Assembly (NCBI GenBank): GCA_951406725.2
Contig: OX597837.1
Span: 44,702,001 to 44,766,000, forward strand
Direction of reading: 5' to 3'
Source of the DNA: Octopus vulgaris
Taxonomy: Eukaryota
Length of the DNA stretch: 64,000 bases
Positions 10,076 to 22,102 of the stretch are shown here, piece by piece (within the stretch, counting starts at the first letter, position 1; each line of letters opens with the position of its first letter). Both the position numbers and the translations under genes were made by a program. The notes beneath the pieces were generated by a model. That model saw only the letters and a program-made list of their open reading frames with translations. It made no database searches and had not been told where the DNA came from.

Positions 10076-10459
10076 CATGGTATCATGGTATTGACCAGAC
10101 TATCGGATGTTGTTATACATCGCTGGTCAAAACGCACTTCACGTTGTTTTAGCTTTTGAATGACGCCACCCTGCTGGCTAAGGGAGCTGACCAACGTCCC
10201 CCCTATTCTGTCACAGGGTTGTCCTTTTGCAGCTGAGTGGATTGAGGCAACATGAAAGTATTTTGCCCAAGAACACAATGCACTGCCCAGACCAGAGATT
10301 GAACCCATGACCAAGTGACTGAGTGCGATATCCCATTTCACTAGGCCATGCAATGCACAGGCACACACTTGAAATATGCATGGCAACGAATGTCATTAAA
10401 CAGAACACCAGGTCAAGAGTTCTTATCAGCATTAACAACAACAACAGATATACAGAAGT

Positions 10460-10750
10460 GTGCAACGGTAGAGAGAGAGAGAGATAAGGAGATAGAGTGA
10501 GAGAGAGTGCAATAGTGGAGAGAGAGATAGAAAGAGCATGAGAGAGAGCAATAGTGGACAGAAAGAGAATGAGAGAGAGAGCAATAGATAGATAAGGAGA
10601 GTGAGAGAGAGAGAGACAATGGAGAGAGAGCGCAATAGTGGAGAGAGAGGTAGAGAGAGAGTGAGAGAGATTGCAATAGTGGAGAGAGAGAGAGAGTGAG
10701 AGAGAGAAAAAGAGAGTGAGAGCGTGCAATAGTGGAGAGAGAGAGAGAAT
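10460..10750. repeat. GA-rich minisatellite with recurring GCAATAGTGGAGAGAG core
   Basis: About six imperfect repeats of (GA)n-GCAATAGTGG. Confidence 0.75.
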
Positions 10751-11281
10751 TGACCTCATCCTATGTAGGTCATTATTTAGAGGCATACGGAGGGGGGGAG
10801 GCAAATCTGGGACAGCAGTCTCTGAGTTGTGCATTGTCATTCTGTTGACCATCAGTGGTCACTAATCTGCTAGAAATGGCAGCCAAAACTATTCAGCTTA
10901 AACTGCTGCATGTCAAGACATGAAAGAAAGAGATAAACAGGGAGGAAGGTTCAGGAGGTGGAAGGACTTGGCACAGTTGTTATGTAGCTCTTAGGTGTTG
11001 GACTCAATACAGGGTGATGAGAGGAGGAGAAATGATTGAATTGGGATTGCCCAAGAGGGGGTTAGTGGTACAAGACCAGCATGTCAAATGAAATAGGGGT
11101 AAAATCTGGAACAACAGTTTGTGGGTTGTGCCTGGTCCTTTAGCTGGGACCAGTGGTTCTCATCTGGGGTCTACATGCCCTTTGGAGCCCATATAAGATT
11201 CTGTGGTTAAAGTTTATGAACAATAAACTGCTTATACTTCTAAAATACACAAAATATTTTAAGAATATAATCTTTTACATA

Positions 11282-11452
11282 GGCGCAGGAATGGTTGTGT
11301 GGTAAGTAGCTTGCTTACCAACCACATGGTTCAGGGTTCAGTCCCATTGCGTGGCACCTTGGGCAAGTGTCTTCTACTATAGCCTTGGGTCGACCAAAGC
11401 CTTGTGAGTGGATTTGGTAGACGGAAACTCAAAGAAGCCCATCGTAGATATG

Positions 11453-11506
<54 letters not shown>

Positions 11507-11730
11507 TGTGTGTGCATATGTTTGTGTGTGTGTGTTTGTGTCTGTGTTTGTCCCCCCAACATCGCTTGACAACCAATGCTGGTGTGTTTACGTCCCTGTA
11601 ACTTAGCGGTTCGGCAAAGAGACCGATAGAATAAGTACTAGACTTACAAAGAATAAGTCCCGGGGTCGATTTGCTCAATTAAAGGCGGTACTCCAGCCTG
11701 GACACAGTCAAATGACTGAAACAAGTAAAG
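11282..11730 (+). mobile_element. SINE family B, full length
   Basis: Same head, internal TA/TG tract and 3' tail as 28956-29360. Confidence 0.85.
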
Positions 11731-11734
11731 AATA

Positions 11735-11885
11735 TACAATTCCTAATAATTATTTACATTATTTACATTTGATAGATATTTATCCTCATCTTGTTTGTTG
11801 ATAATACGTTTCGGCTGATATACCCTCCAGCCTTCATCGGGTGTCTTAGGGAAATTTTGAACCTGGGTCCTCGTTCATAAGGTAT
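11735..11885 (-). mobile_element. Penelope-like pseudo-LTR fragment with decayed hammerhead motif; second copy at 19775-19940(+)
   Basis: Reverse strand GACAC-CCGATGA-A-GGCTG(n10)CAGCC-GAAAC-GTA. The homologous copy at 19817-19862 has GACAC-CTGATGA-A-AGCTG..CAGTC-GAAAC. Confidence 0.55.
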
Positions 11886-12413
11886 TTTTCGATGTCGTTA
11901 TGATTATTATTATTATTATTATCATTATTCAAGTCACTGCCTGGAATAGAACTTGGAATTTTGGGGCTAAGAGCACGGGCTACTAACCCCAAGATTCTGA
12001 GTTTGATTCCAGGCAGTGGCCTGAATAATAATAATCATCATCATCATTTAACGTCCGATTTCCCTGCTAGCATGGGTTGGACGATTTGACGGAGGACTGG
12101 CAAGACAGGAGGCTGCACCAGGCTCCATTCTAATCTGGCAATGTTTCTACAGCTGGATGCCCTTCCTAATGCCAACCACTCCGAGAATGTAGTGGGTGCT
12201 TTTACGTGCTACCGGCACGAGGACCAGTGGAGTGATGTGGTATTGATTGAGGTGGTGGTAATTGCATTAGTATTAGGGGAAGTAGAGGTGGTGGTGGTTG
12301 TTATGGTTGTAGTAGTATTAAAAATAGTATGTGGTTGTAGCAGTGGTAGTAGTAGTAGTTTTTCTAAACCTATTGTTAAGTGAGATGTGAGATAGATTCA
12401 GAGATATACTTAC

Positions 12414-12465
12414 CGGGAGCTGTGATTCCAAGCAAACCCATTTCACCACATTTTAACCAGAATTC
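12414..12465 (-). CDS. IVD: IVD exon 3
   Basis: TTTAG|EFWLKCGEMGLLGITAP+G|GTAAGT; 52 nt. Confidence 0.96.
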
Positions 12466-13946
12466 CTAAATTGCAGATAAAAAAAAAAGTAAAATAAAAT
12501 TAATGTTAACTTTATAACTGTACCCCCCCAGGGAAGTAGGGGGGGAAACATGGATTATGATAAAATGTAATATGAACAAACGAATACAGAAATGTGGTTA
12601 AGTAATTATCATTATTGCTTTTTACATCCACTTTTTACATGCTGGCATGAGTTAGATGATTCTTCACCCTTTAGCAATTAAAATGGCCATATCAGGCCCT
12701 GTTCTACTTGATGGTTCTCATGACACTGTTGACTCTTCTATGATGTTGAATTCAAGCATTGGCTTTTGTGTCTTGCAATGTGATGCTGAGCATAGTTGCA
12801 TAGTTCATTCCATTTTCCGTTGGGCTACAATCAGGGCATTCATGATGGTAGTGCTGAGAGCCTGTGTTTCACTGCCATAAGGACAACAGGTGTACAATGA
12901 AGGTGATGTAATAGACACCAAGACAATGGACAAGATGAAGAGGCTGACCAAAGACAAGAAGGTGAGATGATCTCACCCACCACTCAGGGCCTGTGTGGCC
13001 ACAACTGGCAAAGAGACAGACAGTAATAGAAGGAGTTCAGAGAGGGGTTCCTCCTTTAGGAGTAATGAAACCCTGGATAAGGTTATCAGACTCAAATATT
13101 CTACCTGTTTTATATTCAAACTGGCCAGATCCAGCCTCTCACACCTACTTTACTATATCAGTCTGAAAACAGACAATCACATCCTCCTCCTCATCATCAT
13201 CGTTTAGCACGGGTTGGATGGTTTGACTGGGGTCTGGGAAGTAAGGAGGCTGCACCAGGCTCCAGTCTGATCTGGAAGTGTTTCTACAGCTGGATGCCCT
13301 TCCTAACGCCAACCACTCCGTGAGTGTAGTGGGTCCTTTTTACGAGCCACTGGCACAGATGCCAGGGGAAGCTGGCAGCAGGATCGGTTGGTGCTTTTTA
13401 CGTGCCACAGGCACAGAAGCCAGTAAAGGTGGTGCTGGCATTGGCCACATTCAGATGGTGCTTTTTACGTGTCTCACAATCTCAAAAGCTATGAGACAAT
13501 GCATGATTAATTCGAAACAATGTGAATATAATAAAGCATTACGTTTGACAGAGGAATCTGAATGCTGGAGGGTTAAAGCAGTATTCTACCATGGGATGTG
13601 ATTTCTGATGCAGACCCTCAATAATTTTTAAATATGAGAGGTACTTCCATTTCACTGGTCTTTCTTTATATGTAGAACTGCTGAAGTGCAGGACATATTG
13701 TTATTGTGAGAGATAAACAAATTTCATTTCTGCCCAGGAAGTGTCAATGGGTGGCGTTGTGGTGAGGGTCACTGGCACCCCTAGCAGGTTGGAGAATGAA
13801 CTAGTTGAACTCTTATAAAGTGTAGTAGTTGGTAGTAACCAGAGAGAGAAGAAGAGGAAGGAGAGGGGCAAAGAGGGAGGATGGGAGAGCGAAAAGAACC
13901 ACCTTGACACTGGAACATTGGACACTTAGGAAGTTTGGTAACTTAC

Positions 13947-14036
13947 TCGAATTTCCTTGAAGTTATTATTCTTATCAATTTCATGAGCTTTTGGAGCAAG
14001 TTCCTTCTGGACAAACTGGAATACGGATTCTCGGAG
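13947..14036 (-). CDS. IVD: IVD exon 2
   Basis: TTAG|LRESVFQFVQKELAPKAHEIDKNNNFKEIR|GTAAGT; 90 nt, phase 0/0. Confidence 0.96.
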
Positions 14037-14194
14037 CTAAAATGAAATAATAAACAATATAAATCAATGATGATGATGATGCTTAATTATAATGAAGTAA
14101 TTAGAATGAAACTGTGATTTGAATAAAATTGAATACATTATTCTTTAACCTTCATTTATTTTTTTATTTATGTGCCCTTTTCAAGGCTACAGTA

Positions 14195-14290
14195 CGGATT
14201 GTTTTGAGAGTGGTGACACTGATTGGTTTGGGGTTGGAAAAGGCACTCGGCAAGGTTGCATCCTGATGCCAGCAGCCTTCAACATGTATG
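14195..14290 (+). mobile_element. RTE reverse-transcriptase fragment, IVD intron 1
   Basis: GDTDWFGVGKGTRQGCILMPAAFNMY corresponds to the RT GVRQGCxLSPxLFNLY motif. Confidence 0.75.
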
Positions 14291-16242
14291 TATATATATA
14301 TATATATCACGTAAAAAGCACTATCCGAATCGTGGCCGAAGCCAGTGCCGCCTCGACTGGCTTCCGTGCAGGTGGCACGTAAAATGCATCAATCCGACCG
14401 TGGCCGATGCCAGCCTCGCCTGGCACCTGTGCAGGTGGCACGTAAAAAGCACCCACTACACTCACGGAGTGGTTGGCGTTACGAAGGGCACCCAGCTGTA
14501 GAAACATTGCCAGATAAGACCGGAGCCTGGTGCAGCCTTCTGGCTTCCTAGATCCCCGGTCGAACCGTCCAACCCATGCTAGCATGGAGAACGGACGTTA
14601 AACGATGATGATGATGATATATATATATACATGTATGTATGTGTGTGTATATGTTTGTGTGTCTGTATTTGTCCCCCAACATCGCTTGACAACCGATGCT
14701 GGTGTGTGTTTACGTCCCCGTAACTTAGCGGTTCGGCAAAAGAGACCCATAGAATAAGTAGTAGGCGTACAAAGAATAGGTCCTGGGTGTCGATTTGCTC
14801 GACTAAAGGCGGTGCTCCAGCATGGCCTCAGTCAAATGACTGAAGCAAGTAAATGAGTATTCGTAATCTCCGACATCTAAAACGTAGGAAGCCGAAAAAA
14901 TTTTTTTTTTAAATACCTCCGCCCTCAAAAAATACAGAAAACATAAACGATTAGGCTGAAAAAAAAAAAAAAAAAATCAGAAATTGCCGAACAAATGCTT
15001 TCAGTTTTGATACACCTTCTCCGAAAGATCTCGCTATTTTCATTTGTTTTGGTCTCATTAGCTTTTATAATTAGATATGCTTAGTAATGAAATACGGTTA
15101 CATAACAAACAAGAGATAAGGCTACGAGAAGGTTACGGGCTCGCCCAGGTGCTAGATTACAAGCTGTTGGTTTTTATAATATTAACTTCCAGCTGAGTGC
15201 AAAGCCACGCATAAAGTTTATTATGACTTTTACAAGGGTAATTAAAGACTAATTGAAACTACCTAATTGTCTAGACAGAGATACGAACTTAGCTCCATAA
15301 CCACCAACGACTGTTGTTAGCCCAAAGTCAGCCTTGATCGATTAAATTATCAAAGCTTTACCAAAGGCTTTATAATTTAACCGATGGTCACATCTTCTAC
15401 CAAAGATGTGACCATCACATCTTTGGTAGAAGAAGGGGTCAAGAAGGATAATACCCAACGTCCCTTTTTTTAAGTTTAAAGTCGGTAGAATATGATTTGG
15501 GAGATTTGGCTGCTATTTCTAGCATGAGCTATCGCGTAGATGCTTCTCGTCTATTAGTTAGCGTTACAGCAGTATTATTACTAACTAAGGTGACTTAAAC
15601 GATACTAACCAGTTTACAGACAAACAACGGAGAGCTCCTACATAGTGGTTCAACGCGCTAGAAATAGCAGCTAAATCACACATACGTGCGCCGGCCGTTT
15701 ATAACAATGGGTCCGATACTGAATATAGACTGGAGGTTTGTAATGTGAGGAAAATTTAGCTGCTATTTCTAGTAAGTTTTGGTTATTGCGTAGAAGGTCA
15801 GGTACTTTTTTTAATTTGCACAAAATTACGTAAAACAATACTTGCACAGTGCTCGAAACACAAACACACACAATATATATATATACATATATATATATAT
15901 AATCTGAAAAGCATTTATAGAAAATTTCATTTAAAAAATATTTACTTTTATGAACGTTATGAGGAAACAAAAACAGGCGGGGTTTCATTCTACTAGAAGT
16001 AGCAGCCAAATCCCAGCCCTGAATCATTTGCGAATTACGTTTAAAAAATAAACAAATTTAATTCACTAGGTCTGAAAAAAAATAATAATAAAAACTATGG
16101 TCAAAGTCAGCACACCTTTGGCCATAAAGGTGAGTCCGATCAAGGCTGACCTCAACGAAAACATCGCAAATATTTCTTGAAGGGGAAAACGAAGAAGAAG
16201 AAGAAGAAATCTTTGGTAATTAAATTATAAATATAATTTTAC

Positions 16243-16383
16243 CTGTTTCTGTTCATCGGTTAATCCAAAGAGAGAATCGTCGATGGGGAAATGAGATGCC
16301 ATCCGTGTCGCTGCCAGGGGCTGTGGCCGGGAACATTTCAGCAGGGTTCTGCCAAGACACGAAGATAAACGGCGAAAAGCCAT
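16243..16383 (-). CDS. IVD: Isovaleryl-CoA dehydrogenase, coding exon 1 (mitochondrial presequence)
   Basis: Reverse complement reads MAFRRLSSCLGRTLLKCSRPQPLAATRMASHFPIDDSLFGLTDEQKQ, then a GTAAAA donor. Arg/Ser/Leu-rich presequence followed by the IVD-like PIDDxxxGLxxEQxQ motif; 141 nt. Confidence 0.93.
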
Positions 16384-17355
16384 GCTTCCTTGGGAAGAGA
16401 GCAGAAACCAATGACGATGTGAGGGAAGATTAAAGATTGACCAGGGGAGATAATTCTCACGGCGCGCGCTTATCAGTCAAGGTGATAAATGAAAGATTAA
16501 TAATGATTGGGAAAACCCATCATATCTATAATGTATATTTATTTATTTATTCATTTATTTATTTATTTATTTATTTATTCATTTATTTATTTATTTATTT
16601 ATTTACTTCTTTTTTTCAAATTCCTGTGCTTGTTCTAATGATTCCTTAATTTACTTTAGGAAAATTTCGAAGAATTACTCAAATAATTAAGGTTAGCAGT
16701 ACTAATGTGTGTGTGTGTGTATGTGTGTGTGTGTGTGTGAAAGAGAGGGAGAAAGAGAAAGAGAGAAAGAGAAAGAGAGAGAGAGAGGAGGAGAGAGAGA
16801 GAGAGAGAGAGAGGGGGGAGAGAGAGAGAGAAAGTGAGAGAGAGAGTACCCCTTTGTTTTGAAAGGGCCAGTCACATTGGAAACAGGAATTCAACTTGAC
16901 AATAAAACTTATTTTCTAGCCTATTTCTCTACATACATTCATATGCACACACATACACACACGCATATATATATACATACATACATACATACATACATAC
17001 ATACATACATACATACATACATACATACATACGCACACACATCTACATACATGCATGTTTTGTCTACTTTTGTTTGGCCCCTTCCCTGGCACCATGCTAC
17101 TCTTGGAGACTTAACTTAAACTAGCGAGAATAAAACTTTTTTCTGTTTATTTCTTTTTATCGCTATATATACTCATACACACAAACACACAAACGCACAT
17201 ACATATAGACATACTTACATACATGTTTTGTTTTTTTTTACTTTTCTTTATCGTTTTTAGGGGACTGGTGTAGAGACAAAACCTTTTTCTCAGTCTATTT
17301 CGTTTTATCGGGTCTGTCTGCATGGCAAAATACAAAAAGAGAAATATATTTTTTT

Positions 17356-17946
17356 ATTTCTTTATTACCCACAGGGGGCTAAACACAGACGGGACAAACA
17401 AGGACAGACAAAGGGATTAAGTCGTTTATATCGACCCCGGTGCGTAACTGGTACTTTATTTATCGACCCCGAAAGGATGAAAGGCAAAGTCGACCTCGGC
17501 GGAAATTGAACTCAGAACGCAGCGGCAGACGAAATACCTATTTCTTTACTACCCAAAAGGGGCTAAACACAGACGGGACAAACAAGGACAGACAAAGGGA
17601 TTAAGTCGTTTATATCGACCCCGGTGCGTAACTGGTACTTTATTTATCGACCCCGAAAGGATGAAAGGCAAAGTCGACCTCGGCGGAAATTGAACTCAGA
17701 ACGCAGCGGCAGACGAAATACCTATTTCTTTACTACCCAAAAGGGGCTAAACACAGACGGGACAAACAAGGACAGACAAAGGGATTAAGTCGTTTATATC
17801 GACACCAGTGCGTAACTGGTACTTTATTTATCGACCCCGAAAGGATGAAAGGCAAAGTCGACCTCGGCGGAATTTGAACTCAGAACGCAGCGGCAGACGA
17901 AATACCGCAAAGCATTTCGTCCGGCGTGCTAACGATTCTGCCAGCT
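17356..17946 (-). mobile_element. SINE family A trimer (184-bp period)
   Basis: Units start at 17356, 17540 and 17724; only the outermost unit has the full tRNA-like head. Confidence 0.9.
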
Positions 17947-18055
17947 ATTGAAAGAATGGAAAATTTAAGTTAATCAGAAAGTTCCCTCGGGTATTAGGGG
18001 CCCTGAAGCTTCAGCTTCATTAGTTTTATTAGTAGATCCGCCACTGTCATACACG

Positions 18056-18129
<74 letters not shown>

Positions 18130-18426
18130 CACACACACTCTCATGCTCACTTACACACACACACACATTCATGATTATTCACACACACATACACATACAC
18201 ACACACATGCACACACACGTTCACTTCACACACGTCTAGAACTGGCTTCCACCCAGTTTTCACCTATGAAATTCGATCACATAGCTTTAATCGGTCCGAG
18301 GCTACAACAGAAGACACTTGCTTAAATGCTGTGCAGTGGGGCTGAACCCGAAACCATGTGGTTACAAAGCGAACTCTTTTACCACATAATTAAGTGCTGA
18401 ACATTTTAATTTTTTCCACTTTGTCC

Positions 18427-18475
<49 letters not shown>

Positions 18476-18790
18476 GCCCTGATGTAGTACCAGATAGTGG
18501 CTCTCGTGGCTTCTGATCTTCACTGATTGGAAGTGTTATCATGTGCATTGTTTTGTCTTGGTATAAAAGATGGGCTACAGCAAATATTCTGCTCAATACC
18601 ACAGATTTGCTTGTCAGTTGTTTGACCTTAACCAGTTGAGCATGTCCCTTAGTGGCTGACGATATGTGCATCTCTGATCACGAGCAGAAGTAGTGGAGGA
18701 GCATCATAGCCATGTGTTGAGAGGAATTTTTTGGGGTTTGAATAATTCACCTCTGGAAACATAGGTGTTTCGTTCAACATCCTTAAACAA
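18427..18790 (-). mobile_element. SINE/LINE-like 3' fragment with (ATT)n tail
   Basis: (AAT)n tract 18427-18472 abuts a ~320-bp non-coding segment that ends at the TTAGGG MITE fragment; family assignment is from recollection only. Confidence 0.45.
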
Positions 18791-18925
18791 CCCTAACCCT
18801 AACCCTAACTAACCCTAACCCTAAGATAGATTGAAATGCAATAGATCGATACTAGGGTCAAAATTATGGGTGACAATTGCATATGACACCGCTAGAGAAA
18901 ACTGCCGTTCAAACCGAAAAGATCC
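18790..18925 (-). mobile_element. Truncated copy of the 7504-7921 MITE, broken at its (CCCTAA)n tract
   Basis: Reverse complement of 7504-7620 including the TIR ...aaccgaaaagatcc; about five CCCTAA repeats at the break. Confidence 0.85.
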
Positions 18926-20094
18926 AAAATCGCACCGATTGACGCCAGCCCTCAGTGCGCGATAACGTTCGGCGTATATTTACGTCAATCGCTTTAGTTC
19001 AAGCACTGTTTATTTATCTAAACTATTAATAGATCTCTGTGAAGGACGATCATGCGGTATTCCTGAATAAGATCACTCGACAGTACAAGTCAGATCAACT
19101 TCAGGTATTTACAACCACGTGAATCTAAAAAAATTGACCTTACTGTGGTAGAGTGGCATGCCACATTGTAAACAATGGTATCTACTTTCCTTACGTTTCC
19201 CTTCTGCTTTACACATTGTGCATATCTTTGAAGCATTTGTCTTCTTGGCGGTGGCGGTGATGGTAGTGGTGGTGGGGCAAACAGTCGTGGAAAATGTTTA
19301 CTTGCTTACGAACCACATGGTCCCGGGTTCAGTCCCACTGCGTGGCTGGCACCTTGGACGAGTGTCTTCTACTGTAGCTTTGGGCCGACCAAAGCCTTGT
19401 GAGTGGATTTGGTAGACGAAAACTGAAAGAAGCCCGTCGTATATATATATATATATATACATACAAATATATATATATATATACATATCTACATATATAT
19501 ATATATATATGTGTGTGTATGTATGTATGTATGTATGTATGTATGTATGTATGTATAAATATATATATATATATATATTATATATGTGGCTGTGTGGTAA
19601 GAAGCTTGCTTACCAACCACATGGTTCCGGGTTCAGTTCCACTGCGTGGCTGGCACCTTGGTCAAGTGTCTTCTACTATAGCCTCGGGCCGACCAAAGCA
19701 TTGTGAGTGGATTTGGTAGACGGAAACTGAAAGAAGCCCGTCGTATTTTGTTGTTAAAATTGATGTTCAATGGACTAGGAATGAGGAATGAGAACCCAGG
19801 TTCGAAATTTCCCCAAGACACCTGATGAAAGCTGGATAGTATATCAGTCGAAACTTTGTGCTAACAACAAACAAGATGAGGACAAATATCCGGCGAATGT
19901 AAATAATGTACCTAATTCCTCATCTCTTAAATAAAGAACTGTTCAATAAACTAGTTATCCTAGTTCTCCGATGCATTAAACTAGTTACTCTACTTCTAAG
20001 ATGCACAAAATGTCTTAAACATTTTAAAAATAAATTCCTAATGATATTTAAAAATCTTTTGTACTAAAGGCTCAAGGCCCGAAACTTTAAAGGA

Positions 20095-20630
20095 GGGAGC
20101 TAGTCGATTACCTGGACCCCAGGCCGTAATTGGTACGTAATTTATAGACCCCGAAAGGATGAAAGGCAAAGTCAAACCTCGGCGGAATTTGAACTCAGAA
20201 CGTAACGGCAAACGAAATACCTATTTCTTTACTACCCACAAGGGGCTAAACACAGAGGGGACAAACAAGGACAGATAAACGGATCAAGTCGATTATATCG
20301 ACTCCAGTGCGTAACTGGTACCTATTTAATGAACCTCGAAAGGATGAAAGGCAAAGTCGACCTCGGCGGAATTTGAACTCAGAACGTAAGGAGAGATAAA
20401 ATACCTATTTCTTTACTACCCACAAGGGGCCAAACACAGACAGGACAAACAAGGACAGACAAACGGTTTAAGCCGATTATATTGACCCAAGTGCGTAACT
20501 GGTACTTAATTTATCGTCCCCGAAAGGATGAAAGGCAAAGTCGACCTCGGCGGAATTTGAACTCGTAACGTAGCGACAGACGAAATACCGATAAGCATTT
20601 CGCCCGGCATGCTAACAATTCTGCCAGGTC
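20095..20630 (-). mobile_element. SINE family A multimer (about three units); further multimer at 21237-21545
   Basis: Repeated unit joined by the GAAATAC|CTATTTCTTTACT junction. Confidence 0.85.
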
Positions 20631-22067
20631 GCCTGCGATTTAACAATTCTGCCAGAATAAAAATACACCAGGATATTAAAAACAACGAATGGATTTGAGG
20701 GTCCATCCGAGTAAAAAAGAAGTTTAAAGGTATTCATAGTTGAAAAATGGTTGAGGCCATTGCTCTACATAATTTTTATCAAAAATTAATTTACGAAGGT
20801 TTCATTAATTCTATTATTATCCAATGTAACTATTTAAAGAAATAATAACAACAGAATCAATTACACAGGCGATAGCAAGCCAAAAATAGCAGTAAATAGC
20901 CGAGAGATTAAAATTAATCAAAGGTATGCCAACCTGCTAGAAATAACAGTCAAAACTCTTTAATAAGAGCTTTGACTATTATTTCAAGCAGGTAGACATA
21001 CATAGTATGTCCTTTGATTAATTTTAATTTAATCAAAATGCTAAAAGTCAGATCTTGTTTAAATGACAGGAGTTACTGTTTAAAGCAGGGTACTCAACTA
21101 TTTTCCTTTTTTTTCCTCTTAATCTATGAACCCCTTTGATTATTATTTTGTTCGATCTTTTGAAAACTAGTTTTATCGATACTTCTTCCAAAACTTCTAT
21201 TTTGCTTTTCACACATTCACTTGTTCAATAAACTAGGAATTTGAACTCAGAACGTAACGGCAGACTAAATACCTATTTCTTTACTACCCACAAGGGGCTA
21301 AACACAGAGGAGACAAACAAGGACAGACTAATTGATTAAGTCGATTACATCGACTCCAGTGCGTAACTGGTGCTTAATTTTATCGACGCCGAAAGGATGA
21401 AAGGCAAAGTCGATCTCGGCGGAATTTGAACTCAGAACGTAGCGGCAGACGAAATACCTATTTCTTTACTACCCACAAGGGGCTAAACACAGAAGGAACA
21501 AACAAGGACAGACAAAGGGATTAAGTCGATTATATCGACCCCAGGATATTTAAAACATAGAACTATTTAAAAAATAGAACTATTTCTTGCAAAAAAATAC
21601 ATCATAAGCAAAATTGTCCTATGGACCCTAAACATGTTACTGTAGATTCCCGATCTACTTCTTTGCCTGCATGGATCTCCAAAAGTCTTACATGAATCCC
21701 CAGGAGTCATGTGGATCACGGTTGGGAACCGCTGGTCGAAAGAAAGGAGAAAGAAGCGAGAAAGAAGCGAGAAAGAAAATTCTTTCTTTTGAGTCATGGA
21801 TGAATTGTTTCCCTGGAGTAATATAATTACGTTATCACAGAGTTGTTTCCCTTAGTTTTGGATATAATATTTTACAAATTCATTGCCTGCATCAAAATAG
21901 ATTTAAAGGAAGAATGGGTGTGCGTCAGGAGTGGCTAAGAAGTCTCCTTCCCAACCACACTTTTCAGGGTTCAGTCCCACTGCGTAGCACCTTGGGCATG
22001 TATATTCTATTACAGTGTCGGGTCGATCAAAGCCTTATGAGGGAAAAGGAAACTGAAAGAAGTCCAT

Positions 22068-22102
<35 letters not shown>

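Noticed and set aside
17356-17946. Regularly spaced repeats that might suggest a CRISPR array
   Set aside because: Whole 184-bp units repeat with no unique spacers; eukaryotic SINE multimer; no cas genes.
18790-18825. Telomere or chromosome-fusion site
   Set aside because: Only about five CCCTAA units, in one orientation, explained as the internal tract of a MITE.
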